Origin: Kudoa neothunni
Taxonomy: Eukaryota > Animalia > Cnidaria
DNA: 64,000 nucleotides
Assembly: GCA_964304625.1 (NCBI GenBank)
Contig: OZ199840.1
Span: 10,549,220 to 10,613,219 of the forward strand
Direction: 5' to 3'
A model generated the notes under the pieces. It saw only the letters and a list, made by a program, of their open reading frames with translations, had not been told where the DNA came from and ran no database searches. This document shows positions 43,418 through 56,614 of this stretch, piece after piece; position 1 is the stretch's first letter; the number at the start of each line of letters is the position of its first letter. A program made the translations under genes and the position numbers.

Positions 43418-44870
43418 ATGAAATCCTTATACTATCACCTTTTTTTATTTTTATCTATAAAATATTGCTTTCCAGGTTTCTTAATTTTATTTATCTTGTT
43501 CAAAATTATCCCTTAGATCATATACTACCTTCTTATGAAAGGGATGAGGGAGACTGGCCCATTGGTGTCACCAGAAGTATGGAGAATGTGATTGATCGTT
43601 GGTTTATCGACATCAACGATGCCAAATGCAAACCTCTCGAATACCGTGGTATCAAAGGAAACTATAATAATTTCGCATCAAAAGGTCTTTGCGAAATGCA
43701 TGGTATGTTAACTTAGAAATTACCTTTTTAAGATAATTTCAGGTAGGTTAACCAACAGAGAAAAGCTTCAAGGATGCAAAAAACCATTGCATCCTGGGCA
43801 CTGTGTTAAAAATTCAGGCGCAACTACAAAATATTACTTTGACCAGACAACTGCTAAATGTGAGACATTCAACTATAATGGTTGTGGAGGAAGTTTTAAT
43901 CGATATGATAGTGCAAAAGAATGTTATTTGAATTGTTTAAGTAAATATAAGAATTATTAAATGAGTTATTTTAAAATAATAACCTTCAGACAAAAAGAAT
44001 GGAGGACTCACTAACGCCGATGACAATAAAATAAATGCTGTAACAAATAAGAATGAATATATAGTTCCAAATTTATTGGATTGTACACTAAGACCAGACG
44101 TTAAAGACAAGGATCCTAGTACAGCAATTATTGCTGATGTTAAAAATCGAAAGTGTGCGTATGCTGCGGTCTCAATAGACTCAAACACAAGAGGAATCTT
44201 TAGTTCCTTTCATCAATGTGTCAATAAATGTTATCGTATATTTATTGTTGTCTATTAAGTATCGTTAAATAATTTTAGCTTATGATCACAATTCAACTGA
44301 CGATAAGGCACATGAAAATAACAAGAAAGTTGCTGCGTGCAAAGCTGTTCCTTTTCAATATGCCATGGTTAAAACAGGCGGCGTAGAAAATACAATCTTC
44401 AAATATTATTATGACTCTGAAAATAAAGTTTGCAAGCGTATGGAGACTGGTCCAACAACGTCTCAATTACCAGATTTTAGTCCAGAAAAAAATAACTTCC
44501 CAACGATGGAAATGTGTCATAGTTATTGCGGAGCAGGTATTTAATTTAAAACAATACATATTCAAATCGAGATTTTAAGAAAATTTATATATTAAATTGA
44601 TGGAAATTAAATTTAGAGAAATATAAAAGGGAAATAAAAATTGAAGAAACATGTACCCAACTTAAGGCAGGGGAAACCAATAATGGAGTTTTTAAAGCAA
44701 AGAGATTTTACTACGATCACAACGATCACAAATGCAAATCATTTTTTTACCAAGGATTCGGTGGTAATACAAACAATTTCAGAACAGGGGCACTATGCAA
44801 AGCAGTTTGTGGGCAACATTATAATGGAAATACAGAAATAAAAATTGAAGATACTATCACCGAAGTATAA
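43418..44870 (+). CDS. Secreted five-Kunitz/BPTI-domain protein, copy B
   Basis: Same six-exon structure as copy A and the reading frame appears intact: MKSLYYHLFLFLSIKYCFP-DHILPSYERDEGDWP...CGQHYNGNTEIKIEDTITEV*. Confidence 0.9.
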
Positions 44871-45053
44871 ATCCCAAATATCAAAACTATGTCAGAAACG
44901 GCTATAATAATTGTAGCCTAGTACAAGTTTGAAATTTAGAAACATTAATTAAACTGTTATAATGGATGTTCATAAATAATTGTCATAATTAAATAGTGTG
45001 TTTTGATCACAAAATTATTCATTGAGTATAAGAATTTTAACATTATATATAAC

Positions 45054-48000
45054 TAGGGACTGTACTTTTCGACGTTTATTCAATACTTAGAGCAAGCGCA
45101 AATGGCGAAACATAACAATTTTTAAATTGGCACGGTAATCAATATCTCAATAACCGCCTCTCAGTTTTCAACCACATTTCACAAACTTATTGATTGAGTT
45201 TTTTCCTACAAAATTTTTTATACAAATATAAAACATACGTTTATCATCGTGAAAACCCTATTAAATATTTTAGAATTGTTAAAATCGTAAATTTTAAGTT
45301 ATTGTTAAAGCGTACGACTTCGTTTAAATTAATTACAACCAGTATTTTCATAATAAGTAACAAATGGTGGACTGCCATTATTCACTGGTGGGCGCGCGAG
45401 TAGCGACCTCCTTTTTTCATGCATTTGTTTGCGCTGTTTCTTACATCTGAATTTTTATCACAATGAGGAAAATCAAAATATGTAGCCGCCCCAAAAATAT
45501 ACTTAACGGAGCCAGATAATAAATTTTCGTTATGATTTACTTGGAAGCATTCGATTGTTGTTTTCTTTTCTTTGGCAAGTCTATCGCTGTTAATGTTTGG
45601 CCCATAGGTCTTCCTTCAGATTTTACCTTATTAGGAAGAATAAGACCTATTAGATATTATCTTAATTTGAACGTGTAATAAGATACGACTATTATCGTTG
45701 TATGTCTATATGTGCGCTATACCAGAAATAATGTGTGAATTAACATTCCAGTCATGTTCCGATATTTCATTTCTTGTTTTTTCATTGAATGACTGATAAA
45801 TTATTACCGCTTGGTCTGGAATTCCTAATAATATTAAGCAGCGATAATTTGAGCGATTGTGCTACCACGGGGAAATTCTTAAACATGTATTAGTTGAAAC
45901 TTTTTCAACCATTTTGTTGCAGGAATCTTCGACTTCACTTATTTCTGTAACAAATAGAAACAATCACGAACTAAACTATCACCATATTCTTTGTAAGAGG
46001 TTTTGAAAATTTTAACTTTTATGACAAATAGAAATAATAATTATTCGCAAAAGTACTTTTCCCAACGATGTCCTCCAACTTATTTGAGTCATGAGAGAGC
46101 ATGACTCAAATAAAAGGGATTTAACAGCTTGAATGCATTTTTGATAATATTTTCCACAAAATTCAGCCGATGATGATGCCAACTTATTTGTAAAAATTGC
46201 TGCATGTTTCAATTTTCGGGAATAGGAATTGAGGTTTGGATTTTTTCGGCATTTTAATGAAATATTTTGTGAACTTTGAATAGGAATATTCGGAGAAGGG
46301 GAATAAGATAGAAAATTATTTATATGTTCTCTTGTCCACCGAGGATGACGTAACAAAGGTTCAAACAGTTCTAAAGATAAGTCATTCCCTAATTTTAGTA
46401 CATGTTGACATGGAAGTTGATAACTTCCGTAAAACTTGCATGAACAGAATTGTATGGATGTATCTGATAATCTATTTAGATTTCCCAAGGTCGTTGCAGA
46501 TAATAATTCTTCATGGACTAATTTAGCTGACAACGGCTAAATGAAGATTTGAGTATCTATTTCCGCCTCACATTTTGCATTGCTTTGAGAATTATTAAGC
46601 GATTCTTGACTTGTTTTCAACTTCTTTCTATTCTCATTGAACGAAGAAGATCAAAACAACGTTCCATAAATTCGGGAAACACGGAAAACTCTTTAATAAC
46701 TGTTTTAAGTTTCCCATTTATAGACTCAAGGCGGTTATTCGTAGTGGTATTATAATAATGTCTAGCCTTGCTTAGACCAATGATCCACTCATCTGATATT
46801 GTTTCCCCCGTTTTATTTTAAATATTTTGTGATTCTAGGAATTCCAAAACTATAAAGTTCATTGCATTGGGTATTGAAAGCAATTGTATCATCCACGTAA
46901 ATCATTTTTTCTATTAAACGTAAAATTTTCTCTTTTTCATCCTTTTTATTGTTGTATTTGGATAAGAATATATCTCTTTGAAATATTTGCAAGACATGAA
47001 ATTTTCAAACCAATAAACTGGCGTTTATAAAATATTTCTTAAGGTATTTGCGTAATTTTAGATCCTTGTCTGTAATGATCGTCATAACATTGGATTTACC
47101 CCAAGGAGCGATTTGAGTTAATTCGTTTAAATATGATAGAAGGGTTTCTTCGGTTTCATCAAACAGAATTCCAGCATTTGTTATGTGTGTAAAACCCAAT
47201 GAGTTTTCTGCTAGAGTCAAATAAAAAGGAGATTTAAAATACTTTATGAAATTAACCAAAAGCTCATTTGTCGAATCTGTCATTAAAAGTTCTGGGGAAA
47301 ATTTTAGCATTCTTTTCATGTCTTCGTCAACTAATAATCCGCCACAAACTTCATTTTCTTTATTGGAGAGAACCCCTACATCACTTTTTTAATCTAGTGT
47401 AAGCATGTTATAAAACGACAGAAAACTACCATCTTTTTTGGAAATTTTTTTCTATAAATTATGTAATGATTTCAAAGTAATAATTTTCTAAGTTTTCATG
47501 TTAATGTGTGACTGTACCAATTTTTTGTTGACGCCAACTGCAATTAAACTGGCAAAGGTTGGGTCTGCCCTATCAATTTTCCTTTGAGGTGGTAAGTATT
47601 GAATGACGATAGGATCACAGTTGTGGTTATGATTTTGGTCAATCGATTTTAGAGGTATATAGAAGGGGCATCCTACTTTAAGTGAAGGTTTATTTCTTTT
47701 TCCAGTTTCACGATTTTCATGTTGTTTCATTAAAAAACAAACGTATTTTATCTCACAGTAAACGATTAAAGGGTTCAGGTATCTAGTTATCCGCTTCTCT
47801 GCGTTTTCTAAAGATCTTGAATTGTATATTTTGAGGTTACTACATTCATTCTGTTCATAAGATAAATTGTTTCTCGTAATGAATTAAATGTGGGAAACGT
47901 CTTCCCTATCTCAAAGTAAACCTTTTCGTCTATGCATTGATTTGTTATCTCCATAATTATGACTTTAAAATTGTGCCACCATGTGAATTCATACGTCGTA

Positions 48001-50414
48001 TAAGTATCACTATCTAAAAATAAAACTGAGATCATTTAGCATTCAAACTAATGTATAACGGCTCCAAATAACTTGGTTCTAGGATCCTTATTCCAAGTAA
48101 CTTCCTAAATTTTTTCACTACATTCTTATTCTGGCAGTTGATTATCCTATAATAATCATACAATAACCGTAACATCAAATATTACAAATATGAAATAAGC
48201 TAGGTTATATTTTTAAAATTCATATTTAACCTAAAAATTAATAATAATTTTATATAATTTTAATGAAAACTCGTAAAATTAATTAATTGCGAGTCTCGAC
48301 AAGTGGCGTAGCTTTTGCGTGCCCAACCAGTGAATAGCGGCGGTCGACTATTTGTTACATATTATGAAAATACTGGTTATAATTAATCTCAATAGAGTCG
48401 TATACTTTAATAACTTATAATTTGTGATTTCAAAAATCCTATTCTATTTAATAGGGTTTTCACGATGATAAACGTATGTTTTATATTTATATAAAAAATT
48501 TTGTAAGAAAAAAAACATTTAATAAATTTGTGAAGTGTGGTTGAAAACTGAGAGGCGGTTGTGGAGATATTGATTAACGCACCAATAGCCATTGCCTTTT
48601 AAATTCCGAAATATGTGATTAATTAACTTTGTCTTTTTAATATACTTTGAAAATGTAGAACTGCGAGCATTCCAAATTATTCAGTAGATAGATTTGTTCT
48701 ATCACAAGTGAATACGTGCTTTAATTCGAAGAAGTTTCTCTCAACTAATATGGATGATAATGGAATTGGTGACAAATTATGTGTGATTTGTAATATCAGA
48801 GGATATTGTTTCTCATATTTTTTTCAAAATTCTCTGTCCATCAAATCATTTTTATTAAAATAAGATAATTGTAAGCATTTATTTTGTAACCCGTCCCTTT
48901 TTATTGGCGATAACAAATGGCACAATATCTATTATGTTAGCTTCGTTAAAGTTGCTTATTGTAGAGAAGTTGATATTCTTCATTGAAGTAAGAATGCCAC
49001 TCGATGGGAAACTACGTTCAATTTGTTTTTGAACTATATTTGTAAGTTTTTCAATAATTTTATCTTATTTGTCAAAAGGAAGAGATAATAGGATATTTCT
49101 ATTAATTTTTAGTACTTCATCTTGTTTTAAATTGTAAATTGAACTCATACAGTCGTAGAGGTGTGAGATGCCGAAAAATTGTTTGATTCGATTTCATGGG
49201 AGAAATAATATAATAAAGATAAAAACTTAATAATAAATCTAAAATAAATCAACATATTATCCAACTAGGCGGGAAACAGATTGAACATTACGGTAAACTT
49301 TGAAATAGAATTATGTTTGGATTCTAGTAGCGACTGTTTTATAGCTGGGAAAGAGTCACAACAATATTAAATGCAATTACGTAAGCTGTACCAAACAATA
49401 TCAACAACTCGAAGAATAATTTTCGTATATTCAATGTCATTTTATTGTAAGAGACAAAGTAAATGGCATTTAGCAGATCTGTTCGTAGCAATAAGGAAAT
49501 GAAATTTCATGCATAATCGCTTTATATCTGTAAAAACTGAATAAATCTTTTTTATTATTACACAATGAATTAAATGAAAAAAAATAAGGTATTCGGACAA
49601 TATGGCTATATATGAGCGATATACTTTTCAAATATTTCTTCATATAAGCGCAGAATCCGATGCGATGGCCATGCAATTTCATGTGTACGTAATGATTCAG
49701 ATATTTCATTTACAATTATTATAGCATTACATTCATTAAGAATTTTAGATTCAAGCATAATTATACTTCTTTCTTTGAGTATTGTATCAAAAGCATATCA
49801 AAATATTAAGCAAGGTTCTGTTTTTAAAGTCAGGCGTCTCGTCAATAATAAGGGAAAATCGCGGATCTTTTAGAATCGTTTTCACCGCAGCAACATTCTG
49901 TTCAAACAAAATAGGTAATATTTATTTTACAATGAGCGACTGTCTGGCAAGAGTCGAGACGGCCAACAATATTTTGATAGGAATTTACGTAGAGTGTGTT
50001 CCCTGTAAAGTAATGACAATGGAAGTCCACCAAAGGCAACACTGACACTAAATCTATCACAAGATCATTGTTTGCCTTATCCCTACAAAATATATTTGGA
50101 AGAGAGGAAGATTTCTCAAGAGATGATTTCGTCAATATATGTATTTTGGATGAATTATGTTCAGAAACTGTTTCGCTGAAGTGGAATTTTTATTTTGCAA
50201 TATTTGCATATTAACTTGTCATCCGCTTTTTCTAAATCGCTCCATTCATTCAAGAAGCTATCGATTTCTCTGCGTTTTCGTTCCATTTCAACATGTTCCA
50301 AAACTAAACAAGTACAACCGAATTGCCGCCGAAAAAATAAACGTCGAAACTTTCCAAAACATTCGACGTTTAAAATGGACGAAAATCGATTTTAATTGAA
50401 AAATACAGTCCCTA
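45054..50414 (-). mobile_element. hAT (Ac-like) element, decayed, interrupted by a MULE
   Basis: TIR TAGGGACTGTA..TACAGTCCCTA; 8-bp TSD TATATAAC / ATTATAAC. hAT dimerisation remnant YPLILQITHNLSPIPLSSILVERNF..LK..DRTNLS at ~48680-48810 (-). Boundaries are supported by the empty site in duplicate copy A. Confidence 0.78.
45129..48583 (-). mobile_element. MULE with ~280-bp TIRs and a frameshifted FAR1/MULE/SWIM transposase
   Basis: 45129-45400 is inverted at 48310-48583 (e.g. AACCGCCTCTCAGTTTTCAACCAC, AAAACATACGTTTATCATCGTGAAAACCCTATTAAAT). Motifs: SLKVGCPF..HNHNC; FSPELLMTDST; TIITDKDL; TTNNRLESIN; SWIM CSCKFYGSYQLPCQH. Confidence 0.9.
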
Positions 50415-50829
50415 ATTATAACTAATTGAATGATCGAAAAAAATCTGTAAACTTCGCATAACTTTGTTACTTAGTTTAGTCCATATGTTAATGTACAGAT
50501 TAACATATTTAATATGACAAAAGTAAATGAATATATTCTTAACAAATAAAAATAGGTAAAATTATGAATATTCATATTTAAATTAATTCAAAAAATAGAT
50601 TATTTGTTCCATAACTAAATAGTAATAATATATACTATTTTTATATTATAATTTCTCCTAAAAATTAAATATGAAATTATTTTATAAATATTATGATTAA
50701 AACTAAGTTAACGAATCATTATAAAATTTCTATTATTTTTTAAATTCTAATAAAGAATTGAATAAATTATTTATTTAAGTAACATCAATAAAATCTTTAA
50801 GAAAAGTTATAAATACGTAAAAGAATTAA

Positions 50830-51893
50830 TGAACTCCTTGAACCACAATGTTGCCAAATGGGAACATTCTACTATTGTGAGTGTTTTAACCATTTAATTA
50901 CTTTTTTTGAGTATATCTTTATTGTAATAATATAGTTAATGTTTATTTGATTTTATTAAAATGAGTTATAAAAACTTTTACGTTTTATATCAAGAGAAAT
51001 ACAGATGAATATCAAACTCTACGGAAAATATAAAAAAGACCAAAAGTATCGTGCAATTGAACTTGGAATTTTGAGGTTTCAGTAAAATTAAAAAATATAA
51101 ATATATACTATTAAATAAGTCTATTGTAAAAATGAATCTAAATAGAAAATATGTTTTGATATGTATACTATAGGGACAGATTAATCCTTGTTGCCATTTG
51201 GCAACGTTCCGCCTTCGATTTAAGTGTGTTAATATTTTCTAGAATGGATTTTGATTAGATTGGAGAAAGGAATAAACAGAACAGACTTTAAAAAAATCAT
51301 ATTATTACCAGGTGGGCAGAAATCTGACGCCGAACTGGAATCGGATTCCATTGCGGATAGTCAATATGACGATATTGTATCCGAATTCAGCTCTAGTGAT
51401 GAGAAGGAAGATGACTACCGTTTAAATTAGACAGTGAATGCGAAAAATTTAATTTTACAATTGATATTTTTGAACAATTTGAAAATATTATATTTGAATG
51501 TTTCACTCATTTCAACCGACTCTTCAATAATAGATTAGTTGAACATATTTGCATTAAATGTAATGTCCATTTGTGACTCAATAAAGACAGAAACTGCTTT
51601 ATGGACTATCAAAATTGTAATAAATAATTTAATATTTCATCTCTGATGGTGGTGGTGGAAAAGTAGTTTTTTGGTTCAAAACAATGTAACAATAAAACGA
51701 GCATATGCTCACTCCCGCATATTGAAATAAGCACCGTCCCAATGTTGCCATTTGGCAGCAGCATGCGAGTATCTCTTTAATTGTTGAAATGAGTGTTTCA
51801 ATTTTTGGATATTATATAAAAAGTTATTTAAAATAAACATTATGAGCAACAAAAATATTTTCTGCAGTTGAATTAAATTCGGAGATTAAAGGG
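50830..51893 (+). mobile_element. Internally deleted piggyBac derivative
   Basis: Three TGTTGCCA(A/T)(A/T)TGG motifs (~50848, 51189, 51743). Acidic N-terminal remnant (SDAELESDS..SSDEKED) and C-terminal ICIKCNVHL*LNKDRNCFMDY. Right end AGGG|TTAA; left end approximate. Confidence 0.65.
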
Positions 51894-52311
51894 TTAATAA
51901 AATACCGATACGCCAACGGAACTAACTTACGATATCAATTAACTTTTACAAAATATATACAATGGGTAACCGATTTTACGTACCTTGGCATTATTTGATA
52001 TTAAAGGAAGGTTTTATATTTGTAAAATTCGGAATATTAATTACAATAAACCATAGAATATACACATTTAATATGAGAACCACAAAGTTGTTTCTAAAAA
52101 GAAATGCGTAAAATCGATTGCCGACAGTAATTGCATTCGAAAAGTATAAAAAAATGTAAAAATCAATTACATGATAATCAGATAATTAAAAAAGAAATTT
52201 CCAATCCTAAATTTAATTCCCAAAAGCTAACTCTCATGAGTAAACCGTAATGTAGTTCGATTTATAAATAAAAATTCATTGATAAATAGTTAAGAAATAT
52301 ATCGTCTAAGG

Positions 52312-52420
52312 CAGGGGTTCTCAACCGAGGGTAAATTTAGCCCTTGGGGGTATAATTCAAATGATAGGGGGTAAATTAAATATCATCAAAATTAGATAGG
52401 GGGAATTTTTGCATTATGAG
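52312..52420 (+). mobile_element. Isolated hAT-type 5' terminus
   Basis: CAGGGGTTCTCAACCGAGGGTAAATT..GGGGGTAAATT resembles Charlie-type MITE starts; no partner end found. Confidence 0.45.
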
Positions 52421-53170
52421 TTTGTAACGTACTTCCGGATTTCTAAGGAATCATATTTTTCAGGGCTATTAAACTAAATATGAATTAGGAAAAAAATTCT
52501 TAAAGTGTTTTTATCAGTAAAACTACGTATAAATAATTTAACCTCATATATTATTTTACATGCTGATTACCAACGCAAAATAAATCATATACTTTCGCAT
52601 CACGTACCAAAAGGAGATTATAAAAAAAACATTCTTTGACTCATTAATAAAAATGCAAGAATAAAGATCATACTACATCCAGAATAAATTAAAGGCAAAC
52701 TTTTTTAAATTCATAGAGATCATTGATGTCAATAAGATTATAAACGTGTATAAACTTGAGGATTATGATGAGCATAGTTGTCACCGTTATTTTGGAAGTA
52801 CAATGAAAAATAACTCCTAAAAAATAAATGATAATCTACTCCATTTTATTCATACATATCATCGATATCAGTAATAAAATTCATAACTAACGACCGCGGC
52901 ACGATACAATGACAATAGTTGTGTAATAATAATTATTTTATGGCAAATAATATAAAAATAATTTTCCTTCTATTTAAATCAAATTATCCTCATTATCCTT
53001 GTTTCAAGTAATAAAATAATTAATATGATTGATGATTAAATTAGTCAAACTTAAAAATTTGGAAAGATGCTCAATTTATTGGCTTATTGAAAAATACAAC
53101 AAATAAAGATATATCAACAAATATGCCTCTTTAAATTTACAAATTTTTAATCAGTTTGATTTTAATTATT

Positions 53171-56046
53171 TTAGCGTAAGAGTGGTTTTATTTTTCGGAT
53201 CCATTGTGGTTGCCATCTTTGCGCCGAATTCTCATCCTGTAGAATGATTTCTCTCATTTTATCCAAATAAGGTGAGCTACCAACGGCAAATTTGTACAAC
53301 ATTTTCTAGTTAAATAATCGATAATTTAATAGAAAATTTCAAAAATCGTATCTTCTGTTACCCTGAGACAATTATTTAGCTCACCAGCGTCTTTAAAAAT
53401 AAGACCATTCTCGTTCGACTTTATTCTTTCGTTTATACTAAACGGCATATATCCTCATTTTTAATCATACAATAAGTTACCAAGGAAAATCCATAGAAGA
53501 AACTGGAAGACCACATCCAAACATATCAATTATCTTAGGAAAATAAAATTAAACATGAATTCGGCAATTTCAACAGAGTTTAAACTCAACTGTACGTACC
53601 TTCATTGGAAAATCCAGCCCAGAGGATGATACATGGAGAGACACGCCAATTGTGCAATAAGCTAAAACGCATATTTAATAATTTTTGATTTTTAAACCCA
53701 TCATGAATAAGAAAAAGTAACATGGTTTCATTATAAAATTAAAAGGACAAATTACATAGAAGATGAGCGTAATCTTCATAGGATAGCCAAACAGTATCAA
53801 TACGAACATTTTGGAAATTACATTGTTCTATCTTCTTTATATACATATTTTTTAACGGTCCTTTTCCTATCATCCGAATATGGTAAAACACAAACAATAA
53901 ATGCCATAAGCTACCTGTAACTATGCAATAAATAAATGGAAAATCATTGTTCCCGCGACACGTTTTATCGTACACTTTATATAACATTAATTTTTACATA
54001 AAAATAATCTATACTTCTTAAACCATCAAGCAATATGTCAAAATTCTCATCCTCTAATCTCTTATTAAATACAACTTCACATACACACAACATACCAGTC
54101 CAGCTGGTACTGCTCACTAATAGGGCTGTTTTAGTATCAATGTTCATCTCACTAAATCTAGTTGTCAAACATAAAATTAATGTCTTTCTACCTGTGGAAT
54201 TGACCGACTTTATATTTTTTCAATAATGAGGAAATTTTCTATAACTATTCATATTTATAAGACAATAAATATATCACTTGATATTTGGTATTTTCATCTA
54301 AGTCACATCTTTGAAATATTGGAGCAGGATAATCAGGAAATACTGTTATTCTATAATCAAAATAATTATATTTAATCCAGTCACTTTTCTGGTAATTAAG
54401 TTTAATGCATCACTTAAATTAATATCGTTTCTTACAAAAAGAATGTACCGAAAAATATATTGAATATTAAATAAATTAAAAATAATATTTTTCAATCGAC
54501 GTTGCTATCGATAATGATTCTATAGATTATATCCAATTTTTTTATAATATCATCTCAAAATAATAAAGTTAATTAACATATTAAAGATTTTACAATTTAT
54601 TCAACATCAAATTTCTCTTATAATTAAATTGGACAATTAAGAATAAAAATAAACAATACTGAGAAGTAATTTCTTTTTTGTATTGATAATTCCTAATAAA
54701 TGTAATAATAATAATAATAATATATTATTTAAATTATTATTATTATTATTATTTATCCATTTAAAATTAATTTTTAATTGAAAATATTTTTTACCACTTA
54801 TTTCAAGAATAATAATACACTCGAAAACAGCCTACGATGAGTTATTAAATCTTGAAATATAATTTAATTGATTAATGATCAATAACTTTTTAAACGAACA
54901 TACAAGATTATAAATCAGTTGATCACATACGAAAATTTAAAATCTATACATAACTTTATTTATCACAAAAACTTCAATTAAATATTATAATTAATTAGAA
55001 AAAAACGTTTTAATTAATTAATTAATTAAATTAACAATAAAGAATGTAACCAAAATATTCTTTTTAAACTCGCGCACATTATTTATAATTAATTTTTTGC
55101 GCAGTAACAAACGCAATCCTTTAATTTCATTGAACTTGAAAATTACGCTTCACTGGAGAAACCATGATTATTTATTAGATCATTTTTCATCGCATCTGTT
55201 ACTGTTATGTTGATAGGGGCGTATCTGCCCAGATTCATTTCTAAACTGTCGGATTTAAACAATAGATCGTTGCCAAGCAATTATCGACGAGATACTATCG
55301 ATAAAGTTTAACAATCGGGGAGTTTTTATTTTTGAGTTTCAATTGTAAAATTGTATGACCATAATTGTGCCAATCAATTATCATTGTTGAGGATTTCAAC
55401 CAGCAGTACATCAGTGTGACTGGAATAGTAGGGATTGAAGGTGGGTTCTATTATCGGAAAATATAATAATAAGCTTCAAATCAATTTATAGCAAAAATCA
55501 CTTGTAACAAAATAATATCCATATTAGGTGAAGTAAAATAATGCCATAGTATTAAAATTGATTGTATTATTGTTTTACCAACAAACTTGAATAATCCAGG
55601 GATTCCTATCATGAATGAGTGAAACGTGAGAATCCTCATTCAAACAAACTTTCGAGCCATGTATCAACATTAAAAATTATAGAGAAACTGATTTTATGTT
55701 GGTAGAGGTGGTATCGTTTATTAATGAAGGTTGGATCTACAAATAAATTATAGTGCAGATTAATTTGGGATTAAATGGTAAAATATTGACTGGAAAATAT
55801 CTAGCGCACTTATATTTGAATGCGCCTACCTTTGGTGTAGCAGAAAACCATCAGTTTTGAAAATTCTTTATTTTCAATCAACGAATCGATATGATAAAGC
55901 ATTCGAGGACTTCTTTCAATATCTCCCAACACCAGGACACCCATCATATTTGGTGGGCGCTTTTTCCGATTTTTAAATGTGGGGGAGTAATTAACATAGA
56001 TAATAGCAAACAATAACAACCCACCCAGAAAATAGAAAAATATCAT
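53171..56046 (-). CDS. ALG1: Chitobiosyldiphosphodolichol beta-mannosyltransferase (multi-exon)
   Basis: N-terminal TM segment followed by [80 protein letters not shown]; NGLIF. Stop at 53171-53173. Confidence 0.95.
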
Positions 56047-56126
56047 TTCATTGATATTAAGCCGACTGACTGCGGACTAACACGAATAACATCTAATTTG
56101 GTTGAAATTTTTTGCGTATAATATAA
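56047..56126. promoter_or_regulatory. 80-bp head-to-head intergenic region (putative bidirectional promoter)
   Basis: Lies between the ALG1 ATG (56046, -) and the inferred Elongin C ATG (56127, +). Confidence 0.55.
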
Positions 56127-56614
56127 ATGCCACCAAGAACCGGTAGTTTTATTGATCTCAACCAGCTGTAATCTATTTTTATGCAGCAAGAAAACGCGAC
56201 GACAAACACCCACCCCTTGAAAGTGAGCCTTTGGTCGATGTAGAAGTGAATCCCGTCACTGTTGATGAGATCGAATATGTTAAATTGGTTTCGTGTGATG
56301 GGTTCGAATTTTTGGTGCGTAAAGATTTCGCTCTCACATCACACACGATATCTAACATGCTCGATGCTTATAGTAAAATTATAAAGATAAAATTTTCGAT
56401 GATTATTACTGAAATTATTTTTGTAGGTTTTCTCCAAGATTCTCTAAATGTGATTGTATTCTACGAGATTAGAGGATGTGTTCTGGAAAAAGTTTGTCAT
56501 TATCTTTCCTACAAAACATCCTACAGTAACACCAACGAAGATATTCCCCTATTTCCTATAGATAATGATATTGCCATTGAGTTATTGATCGCTTCGAATT
56601 TTCTCGATTGTTAA
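56127..56614 (+). CDS. ELOC: Elongin C (3 exons)
   Basis: MPPRTARKRDDKHPPLESEPL...YVKLVSCDGFEFLVRKDFALTSHTISNML..FYEIRGCVLEKVCHYLSYKTSY...IPLFPIDNDIAIELLIASNFLDC*. The family C-terminus ..A.FLDC is present. Introns at ~56143-56186 and ~56373-56426. Confidence 0.92.

Noticed and set aside
45194-45403. ORFs 45194-45403 (+) and 48407-48592 (-) with apparent mutual similarity
   Set aside because: Both lie within the MULE terminal inverted repeats and are non-coding.
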